In this document: in pieces, positions 30,914 through 41,202 of the stretch
How the letters are laid out: every line of letters begins with the position of its first letter
How positions within the stretch are numbered: the stretch's first letter is position 1
Source: a bacterium
GTDB taxonomy: Bacteria; UBA8248
NCBI GenBank assembly: GCA_965213625.1
Contig: CBDBZU010000004.1
Coordinates: 2,112,001 to 2,176,000, forward strand
DNA: 64,000 bases
Direction: 5' to 3'
Made by a program: the position numbers and the translations under genes
The notes under the pieces: model-generated
What the model was told of the DNA's origin: nothing
Databases searched by the model: none
Seen by the model: only the letters and a program-made list of their open reading frames with translations

Positions 30914-32063
30914 ATTGCTTCCTGAGGAACGCCCCCACTCTTTCGATTCCGGCTTCGATGTTTTCGATGGAGTTACAGTAGGAGAACCGCAGAAACCCTT
31001 CCCCCCCGGGGCCGAAATCCGCTCCCGGCGCCACGGCCACGCCGGTGGCCTCCAGAATTTCCCTGGCCAGTTCCAGACTGTCCGTTCCATACTCGCGCGC
31101 ATCGGCGAAGGCGTAGAACGCGCCAGTCGGCTCGTGGAGCATTTTCAGACCGATATCCTTGAGGCGCGCGAGCATGATTTTGCGTCTTTCGTCATAAATC
31201 CCGCGCATGCGCTCCGCTTCGGGCAGGGCGTCTTTGAGAGCGGATATCGCCGCGTGCTGGACGAAAGAATTGGGCGAGACGAAATAGTTTTGCTGCAGTA
31301 TCTCCAGCGGGCGGACGTATTCGGGGGGTACGATGAGATAGCCGACCCGCCAGCCCGTCATGGCGAAATACTTTGAAAAGCCGTTGATGACGAAACAATC
31401 CTCCGTAAAGTGGAGCGCCGTGTATTCCGCATCCTCGTAGCTGAGGCCGTGATATATCTCATCCGAGATGATGGGTTTCCCCAGTCCGGCGAGCGACGCC
31501 ATATCCTGGCGCGAGAGCGCCGCGCCCGTGGGATTTGAGGGCGAGTTGATGAGAACCGCTCTTGTTTTCGGTGTGATGGAATCGCGAACGGCCTCGGCTT
31601 TCAGTGCAAAACCATCCTCTGCATGGGTGGGTACCCGCACCGGTATCCCGCAGGCGGACTGAATGAAGGCAGGGTAGCAGGCATAGTGGGGGTCTGAAAT
31701 GATGATCTCATCGCCCGCATCGACGAGAACGGAGAAGAGCATCAACAGGCCCGGGCTCGTGCCGTTCGTCACCACCACGCGACCGGGCGATACGGATACG
31801 CCATATTTGTGACTGTAATAATCCGCTATCGCCTCGCGCAGTTCGGGTATGCCCAGGGCCGCCGTGTAGTGAGTGTGGCCTGCGCGCAGGGCGTCTTCGG
31901 CGGCGCTGGTGATGACTTCGGGCGTGTCGAAATCGGGCTCTCCCACTTCCAGGTGGATAACCTCTCGGCCCTGCGCCTCCAATTGATGGGCGCGCTCCAT
32001 GATGTCCATCACCAGAAAAGGCTTGATGCCCGAGATGCGCGGCGGGACGGAGAGTTCCTTCAT
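30912..32063 (-). CDS. Class I PLP-dependent aminotransferase
   Basis: GEPDF, NSPSNPTG, SDEIY, GFSKYFAMTGWRVG. Confidence 0.94.
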   Translation of the reverse strand: MKELSVPPRISGIKPFLVMDIMERAHQLEAQGREVIHLEVGEPDFDTPEVITSAAEDALRAGHTHYTAALGIPELREAIADYYSHKYGVSVSPGRVVVTNGTSPGLLMLFSVLVDAGDEIIISDPHYACYPAFIQSACGIPVRVPTHAEDGFALKAEAVRDSITPKTRAVLINSPSNPTGAALSRQDMASLAGLGKPIISDEIYHGLSYEDAEYTALHFTEDCFVINGFSKYFAMTGWRVGYLIVPPEYVRPLEILQQNYFVSPNSFVQHAAISALKDALPEAERMRGIYDERRKIMLARLKDIGLKMLHEPTGAFYAFADAREYGTDSLELAREILEATGVAVAPGADFGPGGEGFLRFSYCNSIENIEAGIERVGAFLRKQ

Positions 32064-32265
32064 GTTTTTCTGACCTTTCGGGTTTCTGATTGATTTTTAA
32101 TTAGTTGCTCCCCTGCAAGGCTAGTGGTAAACTGTATTGAACTCAAGACGTTACACGGAATTTTGATAAACTTTTAATTGGGAATCAAAGAATTTTCCAC
32201 CCCGGCTTTGCTCCCTCGACGAGGGCGGGGTTGTGGGTAAGTCTGGGTAAGAAGGGGGGAGTCCT

Positions 32266-32559
32266 TTGACGAAAATCGACATCATAAATCTCGTATCGGA
32301 AGATACCGGTCTCAGTAAAGTAAAAGCGGAAGAAGCATTCGAGACGATTATCCACACCATCAAGGAATCCCTCCAGAACGGCGATTCGGTCATTTTGAGG
32401 CGCTTCGGTTCTTTTCAGGTGAGAGAGAAGAACGCTCGCGTGGGGCGCAACCCGAAGACGGGTCAGGAAGCGCCCATCAGCGCGCGCCGCGTCGTGCGCT
32501 TCAAGGCGGGCAAGCACTTCAAGGATGCGGTGAACGGCGCCGAGGTGAAATTTCACTGA
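32266..32559 (+). CDS. HU/IHF family DNA-binding protein
   Basis: FGSFQVR....R.GRNPKTG, F.AGK. Confidence 0.95.
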   Translation: MTKIDIINLVSEDTGLSKVKAEEAFETIIHTIKESLQNGDSVILRRFGSFQVREKNARVGRNPKTGQEAPISARRVVRFKAGKHFKDAVNGAEVKFH

Positions 32560-32580
32560 GCCGGTGAATCACCCGTTCAC

Positions 32581-33612
32581 CTAGTCTATCAGCATGGCGT
32601 CCCCGTAGCTGTAGAATCGGTATCCCTCTTCAATCGCCTCCGCGTATGCGCTCAATATTTTCTCCCCGCCCGCGAACGCCGACACGAGCATGAGCAGGGT
32701 CGAACGCGGCAGGTGGAAATTCGTCAGCATCATGTCCACCACCTGAAACCGAAATCCCGGCCTAATGAACAGGCGGGTGCTGAACTCCCCTGCCTGTAGC
32801 GTCCGGCCGCGCGTGGCCGCCTCGATATATGCGGACTCCAGAGCCCGAACCACCGTCGTGCCCACGGCCAGAATGCGGCCGCCGCCCGCTTTGGTCTCGT
32901 GGATCGAGGCGATAGCTTCTTCGCTGAGAATATAGCTTTCCGCGTCCATCTCGTGTTCATCGACGTTTTCCGCCTGAACTGGCCGGAACGTGCCAGCTCC
33001 CACGTGGAGGGTGAGCCGGGCGATGCGCGCGCCGGCGGCCGATATGTCTTCGAGCATCTTCTCGCTCAGGTGCAGGCCCGCAGTGGGCGCGGCGACGGCC
33101 CCCGGGTTTTGGGCGAATACGGTCTGGTAGCGCTCCTTGTCGATCTCCTCGGCGCATCGCTCCAGATAAGGCGGAATCGGCATCTCGCCAAAAGATTCCA
33201 GCCATGCGGCGAGACCATACGGGGAGGAAAATTCGAGTTCCCTTTCCAGACCTTGGGGCCCGAGCGTGGCGTGATGCGCCTCGTCGAAAACGATAGTTTC
33301 GCCCTCGGGCAGCGGGCGGTTGGCGTGCGCCATGGCGCGGAATTTTCCGGGGGAGAGCTGTTTGAGCAGCAGAACCTCCACCCGGCCTCCGCTCTTGCGC
33401 CTGCCGTGTATCCGCCACGGGTTGACCTTCGTGTCGTTTATGACGAGCAGGTCCCCCGGGCGCAGACGGCGCGGCAGGTCGGTGACCTGCAGATGCGCGA
33501 TCTTTTCGCCCTCTCTGGGAAGATGGAGGAGTCTCGCGTCTTCCCGGTGCGGTGGCGGATACCGGGCGATGAGGTTTCGGGGCAGGTGGTAGTCGAAGTC
33601 ATCGAGTTTCAT
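32581..33612 (-). CDS. queA: tRNA preQ1 S-adenosylmethionine ribosyltransferase-isomerase
   Basis: DFDYHLP, YQTVFA, AAPTAGLH, TNFHLPRS, YSYGDAM. Confidence 0.97.
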   Translation of the reverse strand: MKLDDFDYHLPRNLIARYPPPHREDARLLHLPREGEKIAHLQVTDLPRRLRPGDLLVINDTKVNPWRIHGRRKSGGRVEVLLLKQLSPGKFRAMAHANRPLPEGETIVFDEAHHATLGPQGLERELEFSSPYGLAAWLESFGEMPIPPYLERCAEEIDKERYQTVFAQNPGAVAAPTAGLHLSEKMLEDISAAGARIARLTLHVGAGTFRPVQAENVDEHEMDAESYILSEEAIASIHETKAGGGRILAVGTTVVRALESAYIEAATRGRTLQAGEFSTRLFIRPGFRFQVVDMMLTNFHLPRSTLLMLVSAFAGGEKILSAYAEAIEEGYRFYSYGDAMLID

Positions 33613-33657
33613 GCGTCTCACGCTCTGCGCAGGTTGCCTTCTGGACGACGCCCGAAG

Positions 33658-34485
33658 TCAGTCTTCTTCACCCGGGCGGGACGAAACGGCGGACTCATGC
33701 GGCTCGTCTTTTTCCCCCGGATGAAATAGTTTCCAGATCGCCTGCCGCAGCACGCCCCGCATCACCCGCACCTCTCTCTCGTCCGGCCCCAGCCTGTCGA
33801 GCATCTTCCTGAATGTCCGGGCTACGCGATCCGGGTCGTTGTGGGGCACGAAGCCAATCTGCTCCATGGATTCGATGAGGTGATCCACCAGGCCCTCGAT
33901 TTCCTCGCGCGATGCGAGTTCAAGTTCATGCGCGCGCTCGCGCTTCGCATCGCTTTCTCGGGCAGGAGTGTTCTCCTGGTTTTGGCTGAAAAGTTCCCAC
34001 AAAATGATCAACACGGCCTGGGAAAGGTTGAATGACTCGCCATCGGGAAGCGCCGGAATGAGGAGCCTTTCCTGGCACAGGCTCAATTCCTCGGTGAACA
34101 GGCCCTTGTCCTCCTGCCCGAACACCAGGCCGACTTTCATGCCAGATGCACGCTCGAGCAAAGCGCCCGCATCCTCTCTCGGGCGCATGGTGGGCTGTCG
34201 TTTTCTGCCAAGGCGCCTCGACGTTCCCACCAGCCAGCCGCAATCGTGCGAAGCCTCGCGCAGGCTGGCGAAATGCTTCGCGCCCGCCAGAAGGGGTTGC
34301 GCTTTCATGGCCATGGAGCGCGTCTCCACGCTTTTGACGTCGCATTGCGGCGCGACGAGGCGCAAGTCCGACAGGCCGAAGTGTGACATGACGCGCGCAA
34401 TGGCGCCCACGTTGCCCGCGCCCCTCGGTCGCACGAGGATGACGGCGAAATCGGCATTTTCTTCCAGAGAAACGGGCTCGTCCAT
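33658..34485 (-). CDS. trmJ: TrmJ/LasT family SPOUT RNA methyltransferase
   Basis: NVGAIARVM..FG, LVFG.ED.GL..EEL, S.NLSQAV. Confidence 0.85.
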   Translation of the reverse strand: MDEPVSLEENADFAVILVRPRGAGNVGAIARVMSHFGLSDLRLVAPQCDVKSVETRSMAMKAQPLLAGAKHFASLREASHDCGWLVGTSRRLGRKRQPTMRPREDAGALLERASGMKVGLVFGQEDKGLFTEELSLCQERLLIPALPDGESFNLSQAVLIILWELFSQNQENTPARESDAKRERAHELELASREEIEGLVDHLIESMEQIGFVPHNDPDRVARTFRKMLDRLGPDEREVRVMRGVLRQAIWKLFHPGEKDEPHESAVSSRPGEED

Positions 34486-34694
34486 GAGGTGAAATCACCA
34501 TAATGCGAAAACAGGAATTCGGTGGCTCACCCGCCCGGAGGCAACATTCATCATGCCGCCCCGACGCGGGCGTCGCTCGTTTCCTCCTCATAGCACGAAG
34601 AAGCCCGGCCTGCCATGAACGAATCGGGTGTGAACGCCGAAATTCACACAGGGGCAGTGTCATCCGTTCCGTTTTGACGTAATATGGACGCGCT

Positions 34695-35087
34695 ATGAGT
34701 TCCGACATCACGCGAACATTCGAGGGCGGGAACCTGCACGAGTTGGCGGAATTTCTGGTGACGCCCGCCCGCTCGGGCATATTCCTGACGAGGAGCCGCA
34801 TCCGCGCCCTGGCGTTGGAGATGGGCCTGCGCGCGGGTGTCCAGAACCGGGCCAGAATGCTGGAGAATCTTTTCCGCGAAGCGGGTTCGGACGGCCGGGT
34901 TCGGGAACTGCTCAGGAGAATCGACGGGGTGGCGGAGGAGAATCTCGCCCGGTACCGCGCCTGGTCGAAGGCGTGCCCGCCGTCCAAAGCCGCGTGGCGC
35001 GACTGGAGCAAGAAGACGCGGGAATTAAGACGCCACCTCACGCAGGCCCAAAAGTGGGCGAGCGCCATGAAAGAGGAAGCCCCGTAG
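34695..35087 (+). CDS. Hypothetical protein
   Basis: 130-aa ORF with ATG start filling the gap; converges on the TorD-like gene. Confidence 0.65.
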   Translation: MSSDITRTFEGGNLHELAEFLVTPARSGIFLTRSRIRALALEMGLRAGVQNRARMLENLFREAGSDGRVRELLRRIDGVAEENLARYRAWSKACPPSKAAWRDWSKKTRELRRHLTQAQKWASAMKEEAP

Positions 35088-35109
35088 CAGGAATGGCCGC
35101 CCCTTGTCC

Positions 35110-35748
35110 CTAAAGTATCCCGGCGATGTATTTCCTGTCCGAGAAGGCGAACTCGCGTATCCATCCGGCGAGTGCGCGGTAGAGGTACGTTTCCGCGTCC
35201 TCTTCCATGCTCGACGTGTAGACGGGCATCCAGCCCATGAGGTGCTCATCCATGAACCGCGCGCACAAACCCAGTTTCTCCCGCGCGAGGTCGGCGTTTT
35301 CCTCCTCCCAGGCGTCCGCTTCTTCCGTGGCGAGTCGGGCCAGGAATTCCAGCTCCACACTCAGGTGATCCACCGCCAGCACGCTGGACTGGGAGAGAGC
35401 GGCGCTTCCACGGCCGGGGTTGTAGCCGCAGGCGCGGTAGAAATCGGCGACCGCATCCGTCCGCTTCGAGTTCAGATGCCCGCTCTCATCCATCAGGGCG
35501 GCTTCGTAGGGAGGGGAGGAGAGCACGAACAGGTTCGTGAAATCGACCCTGAGTTTCTGGAGGGCCTCTTCGGTGACCTCGAATGCTTCGGGGAAGAGGA
35601 ACGGGTAGTTCTCGCGCAGGAAGCCTGCGAGTTCCGTGTCGAGCGGGTCGAGCATCGCCCGCGCCTGCACCCGGTAGAGTTGCGCGCGGAGCCTCGCTTG
35701 CTCGGCGTATTCAGCGTGTGAGGCGCGGCGCTTCCAGCGGAGACTCAT
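35110..35748 (-). CDS. TorD/DmsD family molybdoenzyme chaperone
   Basis: PPYE, DHLSVELEFL, F..EHL..W; ATG 35748 overlaps the stop of the catalytic subunit. Confidence 0.9.
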   Translation of the reverse strand: MSLRWKRRASHAEYAEQARLRAQLYRVQARAMLDPLDTELAGFLRENYPFLFPEAFEVTEEALQKLRVDFTNLFVLSSPPYEAALMDESGHLNSKRTDAVADFYRACGYNPGRGSAALSQSSVLAVDHLSVELEFLARLATEEADAWEEENADLAREKLGLCARFMDEHLMGWMPVYTSSMEEDAETYLYRALAGWIREFAFSDRKYIAGIL

Positions 35749-38621
35749 TCGGTAATGGTGTAGGCCTCGGCCTGGGGCTTGTTGGGCCGGGCGAACCACA
35801 GCGGGCGCCTGAGGTTGTCGGGGCCGGGGGCCGGCTTCGTCATCTCGAGCCACTGCTTGTAGTGCTCGAAGCTCTTCTTCGTGTCGACGCTGATGTCGCC
35901 GTAGCGATCCGCCGCCCCCGCCTTCGTCACCCGCACCTTCTGGTGCCAGCAGTGCATCCCGCTCACCGGGTCGGGGTTGACCGGGAAGGTGAGGTTCTGG
36001 TTCACGCCCACCTCGCGCCACCAGATGCGCTCCGTGTCCGGGTCGTCGCTCTTGAAGGGCTGGACGCCGTGGACCTGGCGCATGGTGTATTCCCCATCCC
36101 CCTTCTCGTCGAGGCGAACGACGGCGGAGGCGATCTTGGGCGCGCCCTGGTCTTCGCTCAGGCGCCAGCGGCCCAGGTGGTGCGCCATGGCGACGATGCC
36201 CGGCCTCAGTCCCTCCGTCACCCAGCATCTGGTGACGAAATGGCCAATCCCGGTCTCGACCTTCGCCAGGTCGCCCGTGTTCAGCCCGAGTCGCTTGGCG
36301 TCGTCCGTGTGGAGCCACAGCGGGTTGTTGTGGGTGATCTCATAAAGCCATTTCACGGCCGAGCGCGTATGGATGAGGGTGGCGAGGCGATAGTTGGGCA
36401 GCAGGTCGAACTCGTTGTCATCTCGGTTCATGTCGCGCCAGTAGACGTGGGTCTTCATGTACTTGGGTATCGCCTCATCGTTCCAGTTCCAGGCTGCCAT
36501 GGTCGGGCTGTAGAACTCGAGTTTCTTGGACGGCGTGTGGAAGCCCTCTCTCGCTCTTCCCCGGCTCATGTTGCCGATGAGCGCGCCGTCTTTCCAGACC
36601 GAGCCTGTCGCCTCATCCACGTGGGCGTCGTGCATGGCTTCGTCCGATAGCTCGTGCATGTGGGGTTCGTACACGTTTTCCTGCACGGCGAAAACGCCGT
36701 ATTTGCGCATGTATTCAAGCGGCGTCATGCCTTCCTTCTCGGCGGCCTCGGGCAGGCCCGGAACGCCGTTCTCGAACATCCACTGGTAGTATTCGTTTAC
36801 CGTTATCTTCTCGCCCGGCCTGTAGGGGCTCTCGAAATACTGCCGGATGCCGAGCGAACCGTCGGGGTCGATGCGCCAGGAGAGTTCGATGTGGAGCTCG
36901 TCCTCTTCCCACACCTCGCCGGGGTTCGTCTCGCGCGAGGTCTCGAACGTCTCGCCCATTTTTTCGCGGAGCGCCCGAAGCACCGGCTGGCGGAAGCCCA
37001 CCCATTTCGTGGGGTGCGTCTCCTGGCTCTGGTTGTCGTGTCGCTCCGTCGCGTTGCCCATCGGGAGAATGTAGTCCGCGAACCACGCCGTCTCGCTCCA
37101 GGTGGGGGTGAGCGCCACGTGGCAACCAATCTTGTCGTGGTCCTTGAGCATGTCCACCCACATGAAGCCGTCAGGGTTCGTCCACACCGGGTTGTAGACC
37201 CGCGTGAAGTAGACGTCGACGCTGTGGCCCTTGTCCTTCATGAGATGGGGCATCAGGAAGCTCATCTCGAAGAAGGCGAGGGGGTATTCCCGGGGGAAGA
37301 GAAGCTCGTTCCAGTCTTTGGGGCCCGGAGCGGGATTGGGGTGTTTGGGAACGAACTTGTGCGTGTTCGCCAGGTGGGTTCCGCCCACCGTGCCCACCGC
37401 GCCCGTAAGCGACGGCAAAAAGTGCAGACACCGCGCCACCTGCCAGCCGTGCAAGTTGCCTGTGGCGGCCGCGCGCCAGACGTGGACGCAAAGGCGGCTG
37501 CCGGCGCGGGCGACGACCTGGGCGACTTCGGCGATCAAGTCAACGGACACGCCCGTCTCCTCAGCCGCGTATTCGAAGGTGAACTCCGCGTATTCCTCTT
37601 TTAGCTTCTCAACGAAGTTCTCGAAACTCGCCTCCTCGTCGGGGTGGACGGTCCGCATGTATTCGGTCCAGTTCATCCACTCCTCGACGAACTGCGCGTC
37701 GAACTGTCCGGTATCGAGCAGGTAGCGCGCGATGGCGAGCAGAATCGCGCTCTCGGTTCCGCTGTAGGCGGGCAGCCAGTAGTCGGCCTTCGCCGCCGTG
37801 TTGGAGAGCCTGGGGTCAATCACGATGAGCTTGGCCCCGCTCGTCTGCGCCTCGATGATGCGCTGGGCCGAGGGGTTGTAGTAGTGGCCCGTGTCGAGGT
37901 GGCTGCTGATGAGCAGGATGGCGTCGGCGTTCGTGAAATCGGGCGAGGGCCTGTCCGACCCGTTCCAGAGGAACTGGCCGATGCGGGCGGAGGAGCTGCA
38001 CACGTTCGTGTGGCTGTTATGGCCGTCCACGCCCCAGCCGGCGAGCGTCTTGAACATGTAGCCGTCCTCGCCGGGGCGTCCCACGTGGTAGATGACGCCG
38101 TTTCGCCGCTCCGCCAGGATCGCTTCTCTGATGCGTCCGGCGATGTCGTCGAGCGCCTCGTCCCAGCTCACGCGCTCCCATTTCCCCTCGCCGCGCTCGC
38201 CCACGCGTTTCAGGGGATAGAAGATGCGGTCGGGGTCGTAGACCTGGTTGAGCGTCACCCAGCCTTTCGCACAGTTGCGTCCGCGCGAGGCGGGGTGGAG
38301 CGGGTTTCCCTCGATTTTCCGGATCTTCATGTCGTCTTTGTCGACGTAGGCCAGGAGTCCGCAGCCCGCCTCGCAGTTGAAGCAGAGGGTCGGGACCAGC
38401 GCGTAGTTTCTCGCCACCTTCTGCGGCCACTTGGTGCTCTCGTATTCCGTCCAGTTGTCCCATTGGTCCGGGCTCGGGTAGGAGGTGAGAGCGCCGTTCG
38501 TGTTCGTGTAGTTGAGTTGACCCGCAGGCGCCGCGGGCGGCGCCTTGGCCAGCAGATCGGGGCGGCCCAGTGAGGCGATGTCGCGTGCGCCCTTGCCGAC
38601 TTGTAGATGACTTGTGCTCAT
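35745..38621 (-). CDS. DMSO-reductase-superfamily molybdopterin oxidoreductase catalytic subunit, no Tat signal
   Basis: CFNCEAGC..C 4Fe-4S motif, W.R.SWDEALD, SHTNVCSS, TA..AD.ILP. Confidence 0.92.
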   Translation of the reverse strand: MSTSHLQVGKGARDIASLGRPDLLAKAPPAAPAGQLNYTNTNGALTSYPSPDQWDNWTEYESTKWPQKVARNYALVPTLCFNCEAGCGLLAYVDKDDMKIRKIEGNPLHPASRGRNCAKGWVTLNQVYDPDRIFYPLKRVGERGEGKWERVSWDEALDDIAGRIREAILAERRNGVIYHVGRPGEDGYMFKTLAGWGVDGHNSHTNVCSSSARIGQFLWNGSDRPSPDFTNADAILLISSHLDTGHYYNPSAQRIIEAQTSGAKLIVIDPRLSNTAAKADYWLPAYSGTESAILLAIARYLLDTGQFDAQFVEEWMNWTEYMRTVHPDEEASFENFVEKLKEEYAEFTFEYAAEETGVSVDLIAEVAQVVARAGSRLCVHVWRAAATGNLHGWQVARCLHFLPSLTGAVGTVGGTHLANTHKFVPKHPNPAPGPKDWNELLFPREYPLAFFEMSFLMPHLMKDKGHSVDVYFTRVYNPVWTNPDGFMWVDMLKDHDKIGCHVALTPTWSETAWFADYILPMGNATERHDNQSQETHPTKWVGFRQPVLRALREKMGETFETSRETNPGEVWEEDELHIELSWRIDPDGSLGIRQYFESPYRPGEKITVNEYYQWMFENGVPGLPEAAEKEGMTPLEYMRKYGVFAVQENVYEPHMHELSDEAMHDAHVDEATGSVWKDGALIGNMSRGRAREGFHTPSKKLEFYSPTMAAWNWNDEAIPKYMKTHVYWRDMNRDDNEFDLLPNYRLATLIHTRSAVKWLYEITHNNPLWLHTDDAKRLGLNTGDLAKVETGIGHFVTRCWVTEGLRPGIVAMAHHLGRWRLSEDQGAPKIASAVVRLDEKGDGEYTMRQVHGVQPFKSDDPDTERIWWREVGVNQNLTFPVNPDPVSGMHCWHQKVRVTKAGAADRYGDISVDTKKSFEHYKQWLEMTKPAPGPDNLRRPLWFARPNKPQAEAYTITE

Positions 38622-38639
38622 GCTTTTGAAGCTCCCGTA

Positions 38640-40160
38640 TTACGAAAGGGGAACGGCCTGTCCGGCCTTCACCCAGATTTTATCCCAAAGATACGCGCCC
38701 GCCGTGGCCATGATGCCGGCCAGGACCGCGCCGAAACCACCGAAGCCTCCCGCCCAAAGCAGGAGCAGGGGAGCGAGGCATCCCACGGCGATGGCGCCTC
38801 CCCAGAAATCGTTCTTGAACGGCCCGTTCGTCAGCAGGTGGATCGCCCGCTCATGCGCAACGGAGCCGAATCGATGCACGAGAATCGAGAACACCAGGAT
38901 GCTCAGATGCAGCAGAACGAGAACGGCGAGCAGCCCGCCCAGGATGTTCAGGGCCGAGGCCTGATTCTGTATCGGGAAGAGCGTGGCGAAGAGAAGCAGG
39001 ATTGCCGCCCCCTTCAGGCCCGATTGCACGCCGATGTCCAGAGTGTTCTCGCTTCCTTTCCACAAATCGCGCGCCGAGGCCTGGGCGAAGAAAAAGCCCG
39101 TATATATCGAGGCAAGCACGCCCATGATGATGGTGGGCCACAGGATGAGGTTCATGAAGCCCGTCGCGCCGAACAGGGCGCCAATCACCCATAGGAGGGT
39201 GAAGACGCCGTCGAGCGCGATGAACCACGTGCCCCACGCCATCCAGCTTCCCCAGTTCGAGCGCAGCATGATGTAGTAGAACCGCTCGGGCCGCTTGAGG
39301 TCGGTGATGAGCACAGCTCCCGTCGCGGCGAGGAGGATGCCGCTCAGTGCGGGCATCCAGAAGGAGAAAAGCGAGCTCTTGTAGCCGAACATCCACATGA
39401 AGAGGCTGATGACCAGAAGACCCGTGCTCGCGCCCTTGGTCAGCAGATAGGTGATGATCTTCGTCTCCCAGGGAACCTCGTGGAAGGTGTCGTACACGGT
39501 GCGGCTCTCGCCGGGCTTGTTCTCCCACTCGGGCACGACGTCTTCTTTTTCCATGTCCATCTCGCCCTGCTTGTAGATGCCCGACTGGCCCGCCTCGGTG
39601 GGGTCCAGGAGCTGGCGGCTGCCCTCGAGATAATAGATGTTGGGCGCCGTGTTGTATTCGGGCTTTCTCACGTTGTAGGGGCGCTGCGTGGTGAGTTTCG
39701 ATATCTTCGAATCCGCATCCTCGACGTCGCCGAACACGCGGCACTGCGTGGGACAGACCACCACGCAGGCGGGTTCCAGATTCGCTTCAAGGCGGTTTGC
39801 GCAGAAGTTGCATTTCTCCGCCGTCATCGTGTTGGGGTCGATGAAGAGCTGATCGTAAGGACAGGCCGCGATGCAGGATTTGCACCCGATGCACCAGTCC
39901 GGGTCCAGGTCCACGATTCCGTCGCTGCGCCTGAAGAGTGCCTTCGTCGGGCAGATGTTCTGGCACGGCGCGTCGTCGCACTGATTGCACAGGACGGGCA
40001 GAAATTCCCTCCTGGTGCTAGGGAAGGAGCCTTTTTCGACTTCCTTCACCCAGCATCGCCAGACGCCGATGGGAATATCGTGTTCGGATTTACAGGCGAT
40101 CGTGCATGCGTGGCATCCGATGCAGGACTCGAGGTCGATCGCCATTGCGTACTTGGGCAT
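38640..40160 (-). CDS. Fused 4x[4Fe-4S] subunit and NrfD/PsrC membrane anchor
   Basis: Four Cys clusters (CIGCHAC, CNQC, CIGCKSC, CNFC) then DL.RPER, SWM..G and multiple TM helices. Confidence 0.92.
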   Translation of the reverse strand: MPKYAMAIDLESCIGCHACTIACKSEHDIPIGVWRCWVKEVEKGSFPSTRREFLPVLCNQCDDAPCQNICPTKALFRRSDGIVDLDPDWCIGCKSCIAACPYDQLFIDPNTMTAEKCNFCANRLEANLEPACVVVCPTQCRVFGDVEDADSKISKLTTQRPYNVRKPEYNTAPNIYYLEGSRQLLDPTEAGQSGIYKQGEMDMEKEDVVPEWENKPGESRTVYDTFHEVPWETKIITYLLTKGASTGLLVISLFMWMFGYKSSLFSFWMPALSGILLAATGAVLITDLKRPERFYYIMLRSNWGSWMAWGTWFIALDGVFTLLWVIGALFGATGFMNLILWPTIIMGVLASIYTGFFFAQASARDLWKGSENTLDIGVQSGLKGAAILLLFATLFPIQNQASALNILGGLLAVLVLLHLSILVFSILVHRFGSVAHERAIHLLTNGPFKNDFWGGAIAVGCLAPLLLLWAGGFGGFGAVLAGIMATAGAYLWDKIWVKAGQAVPLS

Positions 40161-40308
40161 GAAGATTCCTCACTAGTGGTGAAACGTGTTTCTCGTATCG
40201 TGGCTATGGAAGTTCAAAGCTAGAACTTTGCGGCGGGCGTGTCAATTGAGGCAGAGTGATCTGGGTTTTTCGCGTTTTCACGCGCTTTGCCGCTGGGGAG
40301 GAAGGCAG

Positions 40309-40884
40309 GTGGGTGGGGGAGGATCGTTCAATCCGAAACTCGCGTATCTGGCGAGGGGCCTCACGCTCGGGCGGATTCTTGCGATTCCACTTATCGTCTG
40401 GGCGTTGCTCGAAATGGGTTCCGCACCCGATGCACGGTGGCGCCTCTTGCTCATCGCCGCCTACTTATACGCTATCCTGAGCGATCTGATTGACGGCCCG
40501 CTGGCCAGGCGCGCGGGTGCGAAGAGTTATTTCTGGGGACAGGTGGACGCCCTCTCGGACGTGGTCTTCAACGCGACGGCGCTCTTAGCCGCCGCATGGA
40601 CGGGGCGGGTCGGTCCCTTGGCTGCGCTGGGCGTATTGGCGCTTGGCGCTCAGTTTCTCTGGCGTTGCCGGAGGGAAGCCCGGAGCGTGGGCGAGGCGTT
40701 GCCCGAGGATGCGGCGGGAAAGTGGGCGGGGGTCTGTTTTTATGCTCTGGTGGGTGTCGTCGTTTGCGAGACGGGTTTTTCGTGGGATTGGCTCCGGCCC
40801 GTCCTGCCCTGGCTCGGCCGCCTGGTTTTCTTCTACGCCTTATATTTGCTCATCCGGAATGTGCGCTCGCAATCCGGAACCTGA
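40309..40884 (+). CDS. CDP-alcohol phosphatidyltransferase family protein
   Basis: LT..R, D.IDG.LAR......G..D...D motif; start uncertain. Confidence 0.85.
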   Translation: MGGGGSFNPKLAYLARGLTLGRILAIPLIVWALLEMGSAPDARWRLLLIAAYLYAILSDLIDGPLARRAGAKSYFWGQVDALSDVVFNATALLAAAWTGRVGPLAALGVLALGAQFLWRCRREARSVGEALPEDAAGKWAGVCFYALVGVVVCETGFSWDWLRPVLPWLGRLVFFYALYLLIRNVRSQSGT

Positions 40885-40952
40885 AAAAGACCTGATTTCA
40901 TGATTCGGGGGTATATTCCCTGCCGGGGAGAGAGAAGAATTGCTCTCCCCTT

Positions 40953-41202
40953 GGGGGTTGTTGAAAACTCCTTTCCACTCGGAATTCACGACTGCTGTTA
41001 ATCCGGCGTCATTGCCGTTTCTGCTGTAGGTCGGACATATATGTCCGACATATTATGCGGCCCTGCCTTTTCACCTTCACAATGCGGGTCGCATAATATG
41101 TAGCGCTCCCAAGAAGGGAGTGCTACCTACACGTGTATTGACATCCCGACCAAGGGGCAAGTGGTATTGCCCGGCCCGCACCGACTTTTCCAACAACCCC
41201 CC
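40953..41202. mobile_element. MITE-like element with IS-type inverted termini enclosing REP-like cluster B
   Basis: GGGGGTTGTTGAAAA ... TTTTCCAACAACCCCC; internal GTAG palindromes at 41026-41130. Confidence 0.7.

Noticed and set aside
34495-34600. Possible leader peptide or structured RNA upstream of trmJ
   Set aside because: The RBS-like site is too far from the ATG and I recognise no RNA family motif
35749-36318. N-terminal extension of the 402-aa ORF
   Set aside because: Overlaps the molybdoenzyme in another frame; the TorD-like gene plausibly starts at ATG 35748
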